A DNA stretch of 64,000 nt from Octopus vulgaris. Its lineage: Eukaryota. Location: positions 12,214,001 through 12,278,000 of the forward strand of contig OX597817.1 in NCBI GenBank assembly GCA_951406725.2, given 5' to 3'. Every line of letters begins with the position of its first letter. Positions within the stretch are counted from its first letter, which is position 1. Of the stretch, positions 1 through 13,139 are shown piece after piece. Made by a program: the position numbers and the translations under genes. The notes below the pieces were generated by a model. It did not search any database and was not told the DNA's origin. It saw only the letters and a list, made by a program, of their open reading frames with translations.

Positions 1-457
1 CTCTCTAAATACCCAGTTTTCACCAGTCACTGCACTACTCTTGGACCCGCAAGCTTCTTTGGCAATACCTCACCACTTATATTATGACCTCTACATCTTG
101 AGGTTAATGTCCTGGCACTTGCCACCATCTAACTCTCTCTTCCTTTACTCTATCATCCCCTTTATACTCTGATCCCTGTTCCTTGTGAGTATGCACTAGC
201 ACTTCACCACCATCTCTCTCCTACTACCTCTTGCAGTCTCCTACTCTCTCTCTCTCTCTCTCTTCCCTCAGGTTGGATAGCCATGTATCTCCTTTACAGC
301 AGCATTATTTACATTTGACAGATATTTGTCCTCATCTCGTTTGTTGTTAACACGTTTCAGCTGATATACCTTCCAGCCTTCATCAGGTGTCTTGGAGAAA
401 TTTTGAACCTGGGTTCTCATTCCTAAGGTATTTTTTGATGTTGTTATTATTATTATA

Positions 458-497
<40 letters not shown>

Positions 498-620
498 TCA
501 CTGCCTGGAATTGAACTCGGAATCTTGCTGGCTAGTAGTTTAAGAAAACCTGTATAGCAAATGAGTCATGAGAGAGGAATTTCAAAATCAAGCATCTATC
601 ACATTTTGAAGCATTGTCAT
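1..620 (+). repeat. Near-identical direct duplication of 2710-3321 (runs off the left edge of the window)
   Basis: Only a few substitutions and an 8-bp (CT)n length difference. Confidence 0.95.
302..540 (-). mobile_element. tRNA-headed SINE with internal (AAT)n and a hammerhead-like core (duplicate at 3003-3241)
   Basis: B box GAGTTCAATTCC; GACAC-CTGATGA-AGGCTG..CAGCT-GAAAC-GTGTT on the minus strand at 349-391. Confidence 0.6.
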
Positions 621-839
621 CATTTTTTTCCATTCTAATGCATTCTTTTCGCTATTATAAAAGGGAAGTAACTCTCTAAAAATATCTACGATGAGTCAAC
701 GATTTAAAAAAAAAATTTACCATCATTTGTTTTCCATTTTTAGTGCATTTTTTTGCTATGTTTTTGGCTATAACTCTCTAAAAATGCTTATATAGTTATT
801 TCCCTTACAAACCCGAGCAACGCCGGGCGATACTGCTAG
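621..839 (+). mobile_element. Helitron 3' fragment
   Basis: Ends CCCGAGCAACGCCGGG..CTAG|T. Confidence 0.75.
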
Positions 840-1575
840 TTATTTATATAACATTTCAACTAAGCAGCTACAACAACATCAGTTTCACTTTCCTTCACTC
901 ATGAAAGCAGTTATTATGTAACCCTTGTGTTACACACTTTGTACAATAATTCTACACATTCAATGCAATAAAATTTTAAAGACCGGATATACAAAATAAA
1001 CAAAAACTAAATTACAAACAAACAGTTATATAACATAGTAACACTTAATTAAAATGCATATAGTTATGTAATATACACTACTACGGTAACTTTAGCTTAA
1101 TTAATAGGTTATGAATAAAGCCACCGAAACTGCATAACGCTTGTCGGGCAAAAGCAATATCGTAATTTTAACCAAGTACGTCAGTGAAATTTAATGGTTT
1201 TTGAAGCAGTCAACCATTTTTATTCCTTCCAATTCATAAAATACTTTGTAATTATATTCACATTGATGTCAATGCTGCTCTCTGGTACTAAAGGTGACAT
1301 TAACCTATGTTGACTATTAGCCACATCTGCCACTGAACATTTATTTACATGTGGGTGCTTTTCAACCTACCCCACACTCTCTCCATTTCTCTTACGAAAA
1401 TGTTGTAAAATCCATTAAAAATTGTTTTATTTTGTTCTTTTCACTTGAAACGGTTTTACCAACTTGGCTGTGTAGGCATGACAGCGTGGTTTAAGAAGTA
1501 CACTTTACAACCATGTGGTATCAGGTTTAATCCCACAGATTAACACCTTGGAGAAGTGATTTCTACCAGTGAATT

Positions 1576-1878
1576 AAAACGTGGCCGTTGCCAGCGCCGC
1601 CCCAACTGGCTTCCGTGCCTGTGGCACGTAAAAAGCACCATCCGATTGTGGCCGTTTGCCAGCCACGTCTGGCACCTGTGCCGGTGGCACGTAAAAAGCA
1701 CCCACTGCATTCATGGAGTGGTTAGCGTTAGGAAGGGCATCCAGCCGTAGAAACAGTGCCAGATCAGATTGGATCCTGGTGCAGCCTCTGGCTTCCCAGA
1801 CCCCAGTTGAACCGTCCAACCCATGCCAGCATGGAAAGCGGATGCTAAACGATGATGATGATGATGATGATGATGATG
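1576..1878 (+). mobile_element. RTE 3'-UTR-derived repeat copy
   Basis: Homologous to 37100-37398; (GAT)n tail. Confidence 0.75.
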
Positions 1879-2074
1879 AATCAGACTGGTGAATGCCTTC
1901 ACAGTAGAATTCGCTACACAAAATGTATATGGATGTCCAGACATTTGTCTCACTGCATGACAGCTTGGGCAAATGTCGTCTACTATAACTATGGTCTGAC
2001 AAGGCCTTGCAAGCTGATTTGGTAGATAGAGACTTCAAAAAGTCCATTAAGTTTATTTCAATAGATCCTTGTTG

Positions 2075-2410
2075 TTCACAGAAAAATAGCCTGCACTCTT
2101 CTCAGGAACCTCACATCGCCAGACAGCTCAATCCATTGTCATTTCCAACATGAAGCTCAAGGTCTTGAGATTGGTCTTCACCACTTCATCCCATGTCTTC
2201 CGGGATCTCCCTCTTCCACAGGTACCATCCACTTTCAGTGATCAGCATTTCTTTATACACCTGTCGTCATTCATACACATCAAATGTCCAAACCAAGATA
2301 GTCTTCTCTCTTACATGCTGCATTTGATTCCTCTTATGCTCACCTTTTCTCTCCACACATTTACATGCACACTGATGTTACACATCCAACAGAGCAGACT
2401 GCCTTCATTG
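2075..2410 (-). mobile_element. Older RTE LINE C-terminal coding fragment
   Basis: [18 protein letters not shown]-like translation on the minus strand. Confidence 0.65.
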
Positions 2411-3158
2411 GGATGAAATGGTGAGGACCCATCTCAGGATGTTGGGCCTCATGGAGGAAATAACAATGGATCAAAATTTTTGGTGGCATAAGATTCTTGA
2501 GAAAACCCACCCACATCAGTGAAACTGAGTTCTAGAAGCACTGAGTGTTCCACCCACATGTAACAATAAAACTTTCCACCCACCCTATTCCAACAAACCA
2601 AACTACATCTTTTCTCCTCCTCACATTTCCTCTCTCATGCACTATGCTCACTCCCCAATCCTGTCCTCATGATCATGCTCACTGCATCATTGTTATCCCA
2701 GTCCTCCCCCTCTCTAAATACCCAGTTTTCACCAGTCACTGCACTACTCTTGGACCCGCAAGCTTCTTTGGCAATACCTCACCACTTATATTATGACCTC
2801 TATATCTTGAGGTTAATGTCCTGGCACTTGCCACCATCTAACTCTCTCTTCCTTTACTCTATCATCCCCTTTATACTCTGATCCCTGTTCCTTGTGAATA
2901 TGCACTAGCACTTCACCACCATCTCTCTCCTACTACCTCTTGCAGTCTCCTACTCTCTCTCTCTTCCCTCAGGTTGGATAGCCATGTATCTCCTTTACAG
3001 CAGCATTATTTACATTTGACAGATATTTGTCCTCATCTCGTTTGTTGTTAACACGTTTCAGCTGATATACCTTCCAGCCTTCATCAGGTGTCTTGGAGAA
3101 ATTTTGAACCTGGGTTCTCATTCCTAAGGTATTTTTTGATGTTGTTATTATTATTATA

Positions 3159-3198
<40 letters not shown>

Positions 3199-3239
3199 TC
3201 ACTGCCTGGAATTGAACTCGGAATCTTGCTGGCTAGTAG

Positions 3240-4290
3240 TTTAAGAAAACCTGTATAGCAAATGTGTCATGAGAGAGGAATTTCAAAATCAAGCATCTAT
3301 CACATTTTGAAGCATTGTCATTGGAAAAGTTACATTTTAAGAATGAAGACGATCTAAACTGGAGAATGGAGTTTTACAAGTGGAAACCAGCAAGATCTGT
3401 ATAAGAAGCACACTTTCCAAAAAAAGAATGGTTTGGAGTGATGAGGCTACATTTAAATTAAATGGCTGAATTAACCACTACAAATGCAACTACTGGCAAC
3501 TTGAAAATTCCCATATTATGGAAGGATATATAATTTATTAGGAACTAGCAGTATCGCCCGGCATTGCTCGAGTTTGTAAGGGAAATAACTATATAAGCAT
3601 TTTTTGAGATGTAAAGTATAATAGCCATCTCAATATGGCTAACCACAAAGGGGAGGTGTTACTGTAGCTTTTTACATTCTGAGATTTAATAATAAATTTT
3701 TAGAGAGTTACTTCCCTTATATATGCCAAAAATGCATTAAAAATGGGAAAAAATTGATGGTAAATTTTTTTTTAAATCATAGACTCATCGTAGACGCGCG
3801 CTAATACCCAGAAGGACTCGATATGAATCACGACTATAAGATACTTGGTTTTGGTTAAACTGCACTGCAAAATGTGGGAGTAGTTAGGAATCTAAATCGT
3901 AGGAGACAGACAGCACACAACCTCACTTTTATATATAAAGATAACAATTTGGTTTGGCTTATGATCAAAAGGATTAACTGGGCCATTCTTTTGTGATGGT
4001 ACTTTGAATGGTGCCATTACCTTTCTGTTTCAGTTTGCCATACCATGCATTCAAGAGGACTTTGAAGATGTGGAGTTTTACTTCCAGCATGATGGGGCAT
4101 TTCTACAATATCTTAGTAATGAAAGGGCCTATTTTTTATGGGATTTTTGTCAAACAGGTGGATTGGACAAAGTGGTTTGATAGAATGCCCACCATATTCA
4201 CCAGACCTCGCACCACAAGATGTTTTTTATATTTTTTTTTATGAGCAGACTTAAAGTCTATAGTACAAAATCAGCAACAGTCAATGAAAG
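3240..4290 (+). mobile_element. Degenerate Tc1/mariner transposase relic interrupted by a Helitron
   Basis: MVWSDEATFKLNG at about 3428, YFQHDGA at about 4079, SPDLAP-like motif at about 4198; boundaries approximate. Confidence 0.65.
3545..3941 (-). mobile_element. Non-autonomous Helitron (~400 bp)
   Basis: A|TC...CTAG|T termini on the minus strand; subterminal hairpin matching family consensus CCCG-AGCAACGC-CGGG. Confidence 0.85.
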
Positions 4291-5519
4291 TGATGGCAGA
4301 TAAGTGAGGTGTTAATGATGGGAAACAGTAGAGGAGAGAAGGCACAGAAAAGAGGTGATTGGTGGAGACAGTAAGCAGGAGAAGATAATGAGAAATGGAA
4401 GTCATCCAGGGCTGGGGTAGAAAGGTAATTGAGAAAGCAGGGGACAGTAGTATGTGTACCAATTATACTTTCAGGTGATAGGGAAGAAATGGGAGTTAGG
4501 GGATGAAATGTAGGTGGAAATGGTTGAAATGGCAGAGAGGATAGAAGTGGGAGTGGAGAAGATCCCCTCACAGACAAGCATTACCAAGGTGGATTTAGGA
4601 TATCAATTCTGCTGTGGCAGGTGGGTCTTCTTGAGTACAGTAAGGTGCCAGATATCTTAGTCCTTCGTCATCTCCTTTGTAAGGCTCAATATCTTGAAGA
4701 TCAGCCTTCATTGTCTTTCTGGGTCTCTCTCTCTTCCACAAGTTTTATCTACTTAAGAAATTAGCATTTCTTTATGCATCTGTCCTCATTCATACATAAC
4801 ATGATCATAAAAGACGTATCCATGCCCTCCACAGGCCTTGTGAGAAAGATAAGGTTAATGAGGCCCATGGAACACTTGTAAGTTGTTCCATGTAAGTTGA
4901 CAACTTTAGGAAAAATATGGATAGAAAAGGAATTTCAGGGAGTGACATTCTGGAAGGAGAAGGACTACTTAGAGTGGTTATTACAAAACTTTCTGATGTA
5001 ATATAGGTTATGAGAGGAGGAAAATTAAGTAGGAAGAGTGGGCTTTGTGGGGGTGCAAGACCAACCAAATATGAGGAGGCTATTGTAGTAGCCCTGGACT
5101 GGGCTGTGTGTTGTGTTCTTGAGCAAGACACTTTATTTCACATTGCTCCAGTTCACTCAGCTGTAGGAATGAGTTGTGACACCACTGGTGCCAAGCTGTA
5201 TCAGCCTTTGCCTTTGCCTTGGATAACACTGGTGGCATGAGAGGGGAGGCCGGTATGTATGGGTGACTGCTGGTCTTCCATAAACAATTTTGCCCAGACT
5301 TGTGCCTTGGTGGGGAACTTTCTAGGTGCAATCCCATGGTCATTCATGACCAAAGGTGGTCTTTACCCTTTTTTTTACCCTGTTGTAGTAGCAATAGAAA
5401 TTGCAGATTAAGGAGAAAGCAAGATTACTAAAAGAGGGTTAAATCTCACTTAAAAATGGAATGCTAGCCTATTTTGGATAACATTCTCAAATAATTCTAC
5501 ATGATGAAGTTCAATTAGT

Positions 5520-5758
5520 TGTGGACCAAACATATTTCTCAAATATACCAAAATACCTGCAGTAGATTTGAAATCAGAATCTGGGACGTAATAATCCAAA
5601 ACTTTATCCACTCAGCTATGCATTCATTCACATGCAACTAGATGTGGACCAAGCATATTTCTTAAATATACCGAAATGTCTGCAGCAGATTTGAAATCAG
5701 AATCTGGGAGGTAAAATCCAGTACCTTATCCACTCAGCTATGTATTCATTCACATGCA
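5520..5758 (-). repeat. Tandem duplication of a ~123-bp tRNA-like SINE head
   Basis: Two adjacent copies; TAGCTGAGTGG A box and degenerate B box on the minus strand. Confidence 0.65.
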
Positions 5759-6850
5759 TACATACACACATATCTTCGTTTTTATGCATTGTGTATGCAT
5801 GTACATTACATTACACACACACACAAATACCCAAGATATTTAATACTTCCTGCACAGTTAGAGTATTTCCTTTACATATAACTTGCACCCTACATATATG
5901 CTCATGCAACCATATCTGACACAGCCTTATTAAAAAGCAACAACTCTTTGATTTATTTGCTTCTATTTGCTCTACCTCAAGGATTAGACACTGCGTCTAC
6001 CAGAACAGCCCTGCTTTCATTCGTTTATTAACTTCCCTAATTTTTTTTTTTTTTTATTCACTTATTTATTCGTAGTTTCATTTCAATTTTTATTCTTAAT
6101 GCTTTATGTTACAAGTTCAAGTCCCCATGACAAAACAGGGTTGCACTTACTTATTTCACTTGTGAACACTAACATAATTGTGACAGATCTATTACAGGTC
6201 ACTTAGAGAGAATTAAAGAATCTCAAGGATGTGTCAGATTTTTGCTTAATGGTTGGGTTGAAAGTTTTCTTTTTTTTCTGTTTTTTTTTTTTCTTCTTTA
6301 AATCCCTGTCCAACCCTGACTGAGCAGATCTATGATCAAACGCATTCCAGCTGTGACTAATCTTATTTCATTTATCTAGAGCCATTTTTAATAAGGGTTA
6401 CGAGAAATTTAAAGAGATTTGGCTGTTATTTCTACCAGATCAGATGACCATAGGGAAATTTGTTTTTAGGGGAGGGTGGGGCTGTTTTACTGTGGCAATT
6501 GATTAGTTACCCTTATTCTATAATGCAACAAATATACTGCAAAATCTTAGTAATCAACACTCAGGATTCTTTTGTTATCATTCTTAGGATATTTCTGGTT
6601 TACACAACTTCAAAAGGTTTGAAGCATAAAAATAGGTAACTTAATGAACTGATGAGTTTCCAGTAGTAACAATTGTGTCACTATTGTGATATCCTAAGAT
6701 TCAGAACTTAAAACAACTATTTATTAGGTTGAATGATTTAAACCTTATTAGCTTTCAACATCAATTTCTGTTATTTAGTGACATTTTGAGCAGTTCAGTC
6801 CCTATTGGGCTTCAGCTACCCCCATTTCTACAAACATACACACAGAGAAT

Positions 6851-7243
6851 ATATATATATATAAAGCTGAAGTTGTCTGTGTATGGCAGGTTTGGTAGCC
6901 TTCAACTAACACTATCTCCTCCGAGACCCTGTGGCACAAGTTGACTAAAATTGAGAGCATGATAGAAGAAGGCTTGCTCTTCCTTCCGTGGAAGAAAAAA
7001 TTCAAATCAGACCATGTTAATACCAAAAATTATTTACATCAAAAAGGTGCTCTTTTTTGCTATGAAAATCCCTATTTTTTACAATTTTTGGACTGCTGTG
7101 TCGCCATTTTTCAGTGTATTTCAACCAGAAAAATGATCACTTAAAGAGAATAACAAGCTACATAATGCAAAAGTTTTACTTTTCAAAAATTCCAATTCTA
7201 AAGGGTTGAAACAAACCCGAGCAATGCCGGGTGATACTGCTAG
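6851..7243 (+). mobile_element. Non-autonomous Helitron, second subfamily (5' part repeated at 45764-45924)
   Basis: Same 3' hairpin and CTAG, different internal sequence. Confidence 0.75.
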
Positions 7244-7359
7244 TATATATATATATATATATACTACAAAATTAGAAAATGGAGAAACATACTTAAATCA
7301 ATCAAACATCAACCATCAGATGATACCCAAACAATAATATATATATATATATATATAGG

Positions 7360-7772
7360 AGGCCGTCTGCCAGCCTCGTCTGGCACCTGTGTCGGTGGCA
7401 CATAAAAAACACCATCCGAGCGTGGCCGTCTGCCAGCCTCGTCTGGCACCTGTGTCGGTGGCACATAAAAAACACCATCCGAGCGTGGCCGTCTGCCAGC
7501 CTCGTCTGGCACCTGTGTCGGTGGCACATAAAAAACACCATCCGAGCGTGGCCGTCTGCCAGCCTCGTCTGGCACCTGTGTCGGTGGCACATAAAATCAC
7601 CCACTACACTCTCGGAGTGGTTGGCGTTAGGAAGGGCATCCAGCTGTAGAAACACTGCCACATCTGACTGGCCTGGTGCAGCCTTCGGGCTTCCCAGACC
7701 CCAGTTGAACCGTCCAACCCATGCTAGCATGGAAAGCGGACGTTAAACGATGATGATGATGATGATGATGAT
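7360..7772 (+). mobile_element. RTE 3'-UTR-derived repeat with about four copies of a 59-bp tandem module
   Basis: Near-exact tandem units and (GAT)n tail. Confidence 0.8.
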
Positions 7773-8027
7773 AGGAAAAAACCCAAACCAAAACAGATTA
7801 TGGAACCTGGTATGGTCCTTTGCCAGTTCCTGTCAAGTTGTCCAACCCATGCCAGCATGTTAAATGATGGGATGCAGACATGGCTGTGTGGTAAGTTTAC
7901 TTTCCAAAAGCATGGTTCTGAGTTCAGTTCCATTGTGTGGTACCTTGGGTAAAATGTCTTCTACAATAGCCTTGGGCTAACCAAAACCATGCAAGTGGAT
8001 TTGACAGACAGAAACTAAAAGACACCC

Positions 8028-8060
<33 letters not shown>

Positions 8061-9874
8061 ACATACATGTGTGTGCATGCATGCATTATTGTTTCCTTGC
8101 CTCAGCATTGCCTAATAGTTTCAAATAAGTGTCACCGTCATGCAAGTGGTGGGCTTCATTTCCAATATTCTGTAAAAATATGTCTCACTTGGGAGCAAAT
8201 AAGAATTGGCAATAGAAAGGGCGTCTGGCCAGAGAAAATCCACCTCAACTTGAGGACATTGGAAGCGGACATTATGATGGCGATGACACTCCATAGAATA
8301 TGGAGATTTTATTATTTTTTATTTATGTGCCCTTTTTCAAGCCTAGCCAGGCTCATGAGCCCGGTTCCCCGCTTTCTGTGGTGTATGTGTTCTCCCCAGC
8401 TGGACGGGACGCCAGTCCATCACAGCGTTACTCAAGAAACAGGAAGAGGAAGTGAGAGAAAGTTGGGGCGAAAGAGTACAACAGGGGTTGCCACCACCCC
8501 CTGCCAGAGCCTCATGGAGCTTTAGGAGTTTTCGCTCAATAAACACACACAACGCCCGGTCTGGGAATCGAAACTGCAATCCTCCGACCACAAGGCCGCT
8601 GCCCTAACCACTGGGCTATTGTGCCTCCACATGGAGATTTTAGTTAACACTATATAAGCACCATGGACAGATGAGCTTACAAGCAGCTTAGATAAGCTAG
8701 CAAATGGCTTGCAAAATAACTTCATGTAGCAGTGGATCAACAACGGCTGAATGGGAAAGAAAAAGTAGCAATTACTAGAAGAAAAGGGATTTCTAATAGA
8801 GCGGCTCTTAACAGCAGATTAGAGCTTTTTTGTAAATAGAACAGTAATGATTATAAGAATGATTTAACATCAGGTTTTGTATTTTTTTGTTTACATAACA
8901 CTTTGAACATTATAACTTATGATCAGAGACAGTAGCAAGGCAATCATATGGTTCTCATATGTAAAACTATTCATGTTGGGACTGACTTTATGATGTTTTG
9001 CTGTCAAGAAGATAATGATCAAATGGTATGATCAAATGCTGTCAAGAAGATAAGGATCAAATGGTACACTTTCCATACGAGAATGAGTATTCCTGAACTC
9101 AATCATGTTATAAAAAACAAAAATTGTAGTTGCAGACACACACACACACAAAGACATACTGATTTCAAATTTTGGCACAAAGCCAGCAATTTCAGGGGAG
9201 GGGTTAAGTTAGTTACATCAACCCCAGCTTTCAACTGGTACATATTTTATTGAGCCCAAGAAGATGAAAGGGGACATAGAGGGGACAAACAAGGACAGAC
9301 AAAGGGATTAAGTCGATTACATCGACCCCAGTGCATAACATGTCTCTTAATTTATTGACCCCGAAAGGATGAAAAGCAAAGTCGACCTCGGCGGAATTTG
9401 AACTCAGAATGTAGCGGCAGATGAAATACCTATTTCTTTACTACCCACAAGGGGCTAAACATAGAGGGGACAAACAAGGACAGACATAGGTATTAAGTCA
9501 ATTACATCGACCCCAGTGCGAAACTGGTTCTTTATTTATCGACCCCGAAAGGATGAAAAGGCAAAGTCAACCTCGGCGGAATTTGAACTCAGAACGTAAT
9601 GACAGATGAAATACTACTAAGCATTTCGCCCGGCGTGCTACCGTGTCTGCCAGCTCTGTTACAATTAATAACAGATTAATCTGTTATAATTAATAACAGA
9701 TTAATTATATTTTAGTTGATTTCAATGAGGAAAATCAATTTGTAAAACAAGTAATTTGTAAGACGAGCTTGGTCATGGAACAAATTAAACACGTACTGCT
9801 ACAGGTGGTGGCGTTGCCGTAATTTACCCCCATCAACAAGCCACCCACAGGCTTTGCGCCTTCAAAAATATCTC

Positions 9875-10076
9875 ACTCTTTTACTCTTTTACTTGTTTCA
9901 GTCATTTGACTGCAGCCATGCTGGAGCACCGACTTTAGTCGAGCAAATCGACCCCGGGACTTATTCTTTGTAAGCCCAGTACTTATTCTATCTGTCTCTT
10001 TTGCCAAACCGCTAAGTGACGGGGACGTAAACACACCAGCATCGGTTGTCAAGCAATGCTAGGGGGACAAACACAA

Positions 10077-10109
<33 letters not shown>

Positions 10110-10275
10110 CATATATACGGCAGGCTTCTTTCAGTTTCCGTCTACCAAATCCGCTCACAAGGCTTTGGTCGGCCCGGAGCTATAGCAGAAGACACTTTGC
10201 CCAAGATGCCACGCAGTGGGACTGAACCCGGAACCATGTGGTTGGTTAGCAAGCTACTTACCACACAGCCACTCC
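9875..10275 (-). mobile_element. SINE family B copy
   Basis: Homologous to 59801-60185. Confidence 0.8.
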
Positions 10276-10671
10276 ATGTTCTGCCTATGTGGAACAAAAT
10301 ATTCATTTTGTTATTCATAGTAAGAACTAACAAGAGGAAGGTCGGACAACTGTAAAACAATGCCTTGATAATATATTCATGTAACCCAAACTAACATGGG
10401 AAAAAGAGTATGAAATGAATTAGAGGAAAAGCTGTGACAATGGCTATGAACATCAACAAAAGGACTAAGAGGAAAATAACTCAATTTCAGGGGAGATTTT
10501 GTCTTCTAATTGCAAAGGTTATCTTAGTCAAATGAAGTTTTTTTTTTTCACTTCACTATATTACATACCTAACACACTGTATGAGTATTCAAATACAGAA
10601 TACTCCTTTGAGCAATTTTCTCTTCACCCTATTGTTAATGTTTACTTACTTATAAAAAGGTAGTAATCACC

Positions 10672-11200
10672 ATAGTCATCATCATCATCATCATCATCAT
10701 TTAGTGTCCGTTTTCCGTGCTAGCACGGGTTGGACGGTTCGACCGGGGTCTGGGAAGCCAGGAGGCTGCACCAGGCTCCAGTCTGATCTGGCAGTGTTTC
10801 TACAGCTGGATGCCCTTCCTAATGCCAACCACTCCACAAATGTAGTGGGTGCTTTTTACATGCCACCGGCACAGGTGCCAGGGGAGTCTGACATCAGCCA
10901 CAATCGGTTGGTGCTTTTTAATGTGTCACCGGCACGGAAGCCAGTCATGGCGGTGCTGGCATCGGCCACGTTCGGATGATGCTTTTTATGTGCCACCGGC
11001 AAGGAAGCCAGTCAAGCAGCGCTGGCATCGGCCACATTCGGATGGTGCTTTTTATGTGCCACCGGGACAGGTATCACAACTACTATTTCCATTGATATTT
11101 ATTTCGATGTTCATGTACTTGACTCAATAGGTCTCCTCAAGCACAGCGGGATGTTCTGGAATCCAAGGTACTTTGAATGGGCTGGGGCTATGCGGAACTG
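10672..11200 (-). mobile_element. RTE 3'-UTR-derived repeat copy
   Basis: (CAT)n followed by the family body in reverse. Confidence 0.75.
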
Positions 11201-11300
11201 CGGAACTAGTGTGACTATTAATTCACATTAATTAAATGCATAAGTTGGACTCAGTTTTTAGTTATAATTACATCAGTAACTGCTTTTAGAAAAGCATAAA

Positions 11301-11530
11301 GGCAGCGAACTGGCAGAATCGTTAGCAAGCCAGTCGAAATGCTTAGCAGTATTTCATCTGCCGTTATGTTCTGAGTTCAAATTCTGCCGAGGTCGACTTT
11401 GCCTTTCATCCTTTCAGGGTCGATAAATTAAGTACCAGTTACGCACTGGGGTCGATGTAATCGACTCAATCTCTTTGTCTGTCCTTGTTTGTCCCCTCTA
11501 TGTTCAGCCCCTTGTGGGCAATAAAGAAAA
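11301..11530 (+). mobile_element. tRNA-derived SINE, family C (reverse copies at about 9160-9655, 15385-15580, 26755-26965, 49445-49850, 53200-53770, 57300-57955)
   Basis: TGGCAGAATCGTTAGC..GAGTTCAAATTC head; GCCTTTCATCCTTTC.GGGTCGATAAATTAAGTACCAG body. Confidence 0.8.
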
Positions 11531-11924
11531 GCATGAATGCCACTACAATCCACTTCACCTAACTTAGAGGCTCAGGTTTCATGCCTATGCCAGAAACCAT
11601 TATTTTGTCATAAGGTATGTATAAAACAATTTTCTGTTTACACTACAACATATTTCTGGTTTGTGCCCTTGTTCTCATATTTTTTTTTAATTCAGTCCTT
11701 TTTTTTTTTTACCCTCTTCTATGCACATATACACAAGGTATATTATCTCTCTTTTCATTTTTTTTTTTTTATCTGTTTTTCCATCTAACATCTGTCGTAC
11801 ATTGTGGAGTGAGAAAAGATGACGTATGGGAAGACACATATTTATAATTCATATCCACCAAATGTAAAAAAAACACTTTTCTCTGGTATATTACATACAT
11901 ATAAATGAATGTATGTGTATAAAT

Positions 11925-12050
11925 ATACATACATACATAAATATATACATACATACATACATACATACATACATACATACATACATACATACATACATAC
12001 ATACATACATACATACATACATACATACATACATACATACATACATACAT
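11925..12050. repeat. (ACAT)n microsatellite
   Basis: Direct inspection. Confidence 0.95.
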
Positions 12051-12457
12051 GAATACACACACATGCGCACACACAAGAAACAAATATGTAAGACTGAAAA
12101 GTACAAACTTAACACCCAAATTATAGTAATTATCGTTTATTGTTGTTGTTGTTGTTGCAGTTTTTTTTTTATTTGTTGTTGCTTTTTATTTTCTGCAACA
12201 AAACAGAAACATCAGACAGATAGGAGTCAGCAAATAATGTCTCGTGTTGTTATTATTCTTCGCTTCTCATAGATTTCATGCCGAAAAGACATCAGTAACT
12301 GGCATTATTAAATATGAATATGAACATGCTTCAGTGTATTTGAATGGAGAAATATGGAATTATAATATCACCTTCACCATCACAATTACAGTTAATGATG
12401 AGTTAATTGCAATCAGTTCAGGGCCTGTATTCAGATCACACTGAATACAGGCACTTT

Positions 12458-12960
12458 CATCATCATCATCATGGTTTAACGTCCGCTTTCCATGCTGGCA
12501 TGGGTTGGACGATTTGATCGAGGTCTGGCGAACCAGATGGCTGCACCAGGCTCCAATCTTGATCTGGCAGAGTTTCTACAGCTGGATGCCCTTCCTAACG
12601 CCAACCACTCCGAGAGTGTAGTCGGTGCTTTTACATGCCCCCGTGTCGGGGGCCGGTCAGGTGGTACTGGCAACGGCCACAAAAACTCGTTTTTTTTTTC
12701 TTTTTTTACATGTCACCTGCACAAGTGCCAGTAAGATGACGCTGGTGACAATCACGCTCAAATGGTGCTTTTTATGTGCCACTGGCTCAAATGCCAGTTA
12801 GCCGCTCTGGCAAAGACAACATCCGGATGGTGCTCTTAGTGCTCCGCTAGCACGGATGCCAGTCATCACATTTGATTACGATTTCATTTGCCTCAACAGG
12901 TCTTCGCAAGCAGTGTCCAATGAAGGGAAGGTACACATAGGTGGGCTGGTTACACACCTG
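12458..12960 (-). mobile_element. RTE 3'-UTR-derived repeat copy
   Basis: Family body in reverse. Confidence 0.7.
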
Positions 12961-13139
12961 GCTTATTAACAAAAGAAATAAGGTAAAGAATTACCAGAGT
13001 TCATAGACTAGCAAATAAAAGGTATTGCAGTATATAGTTGGCACTTTATATAGTCAGTTCAAATCCTGCTAGGTTCAACAAGCCTTACATACTTCTGTTA
13101 TGAAGACAAGTGAACTGGTTATTCTCAGTCCCGAATTTG

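Noticed and set aside
1556-2047. Recurrent ORFs with [10 protein letters not shown] / DGAFYVPPA motifs
   Set aside because: Translations of a non-coding repeat, open in several frames and strands.
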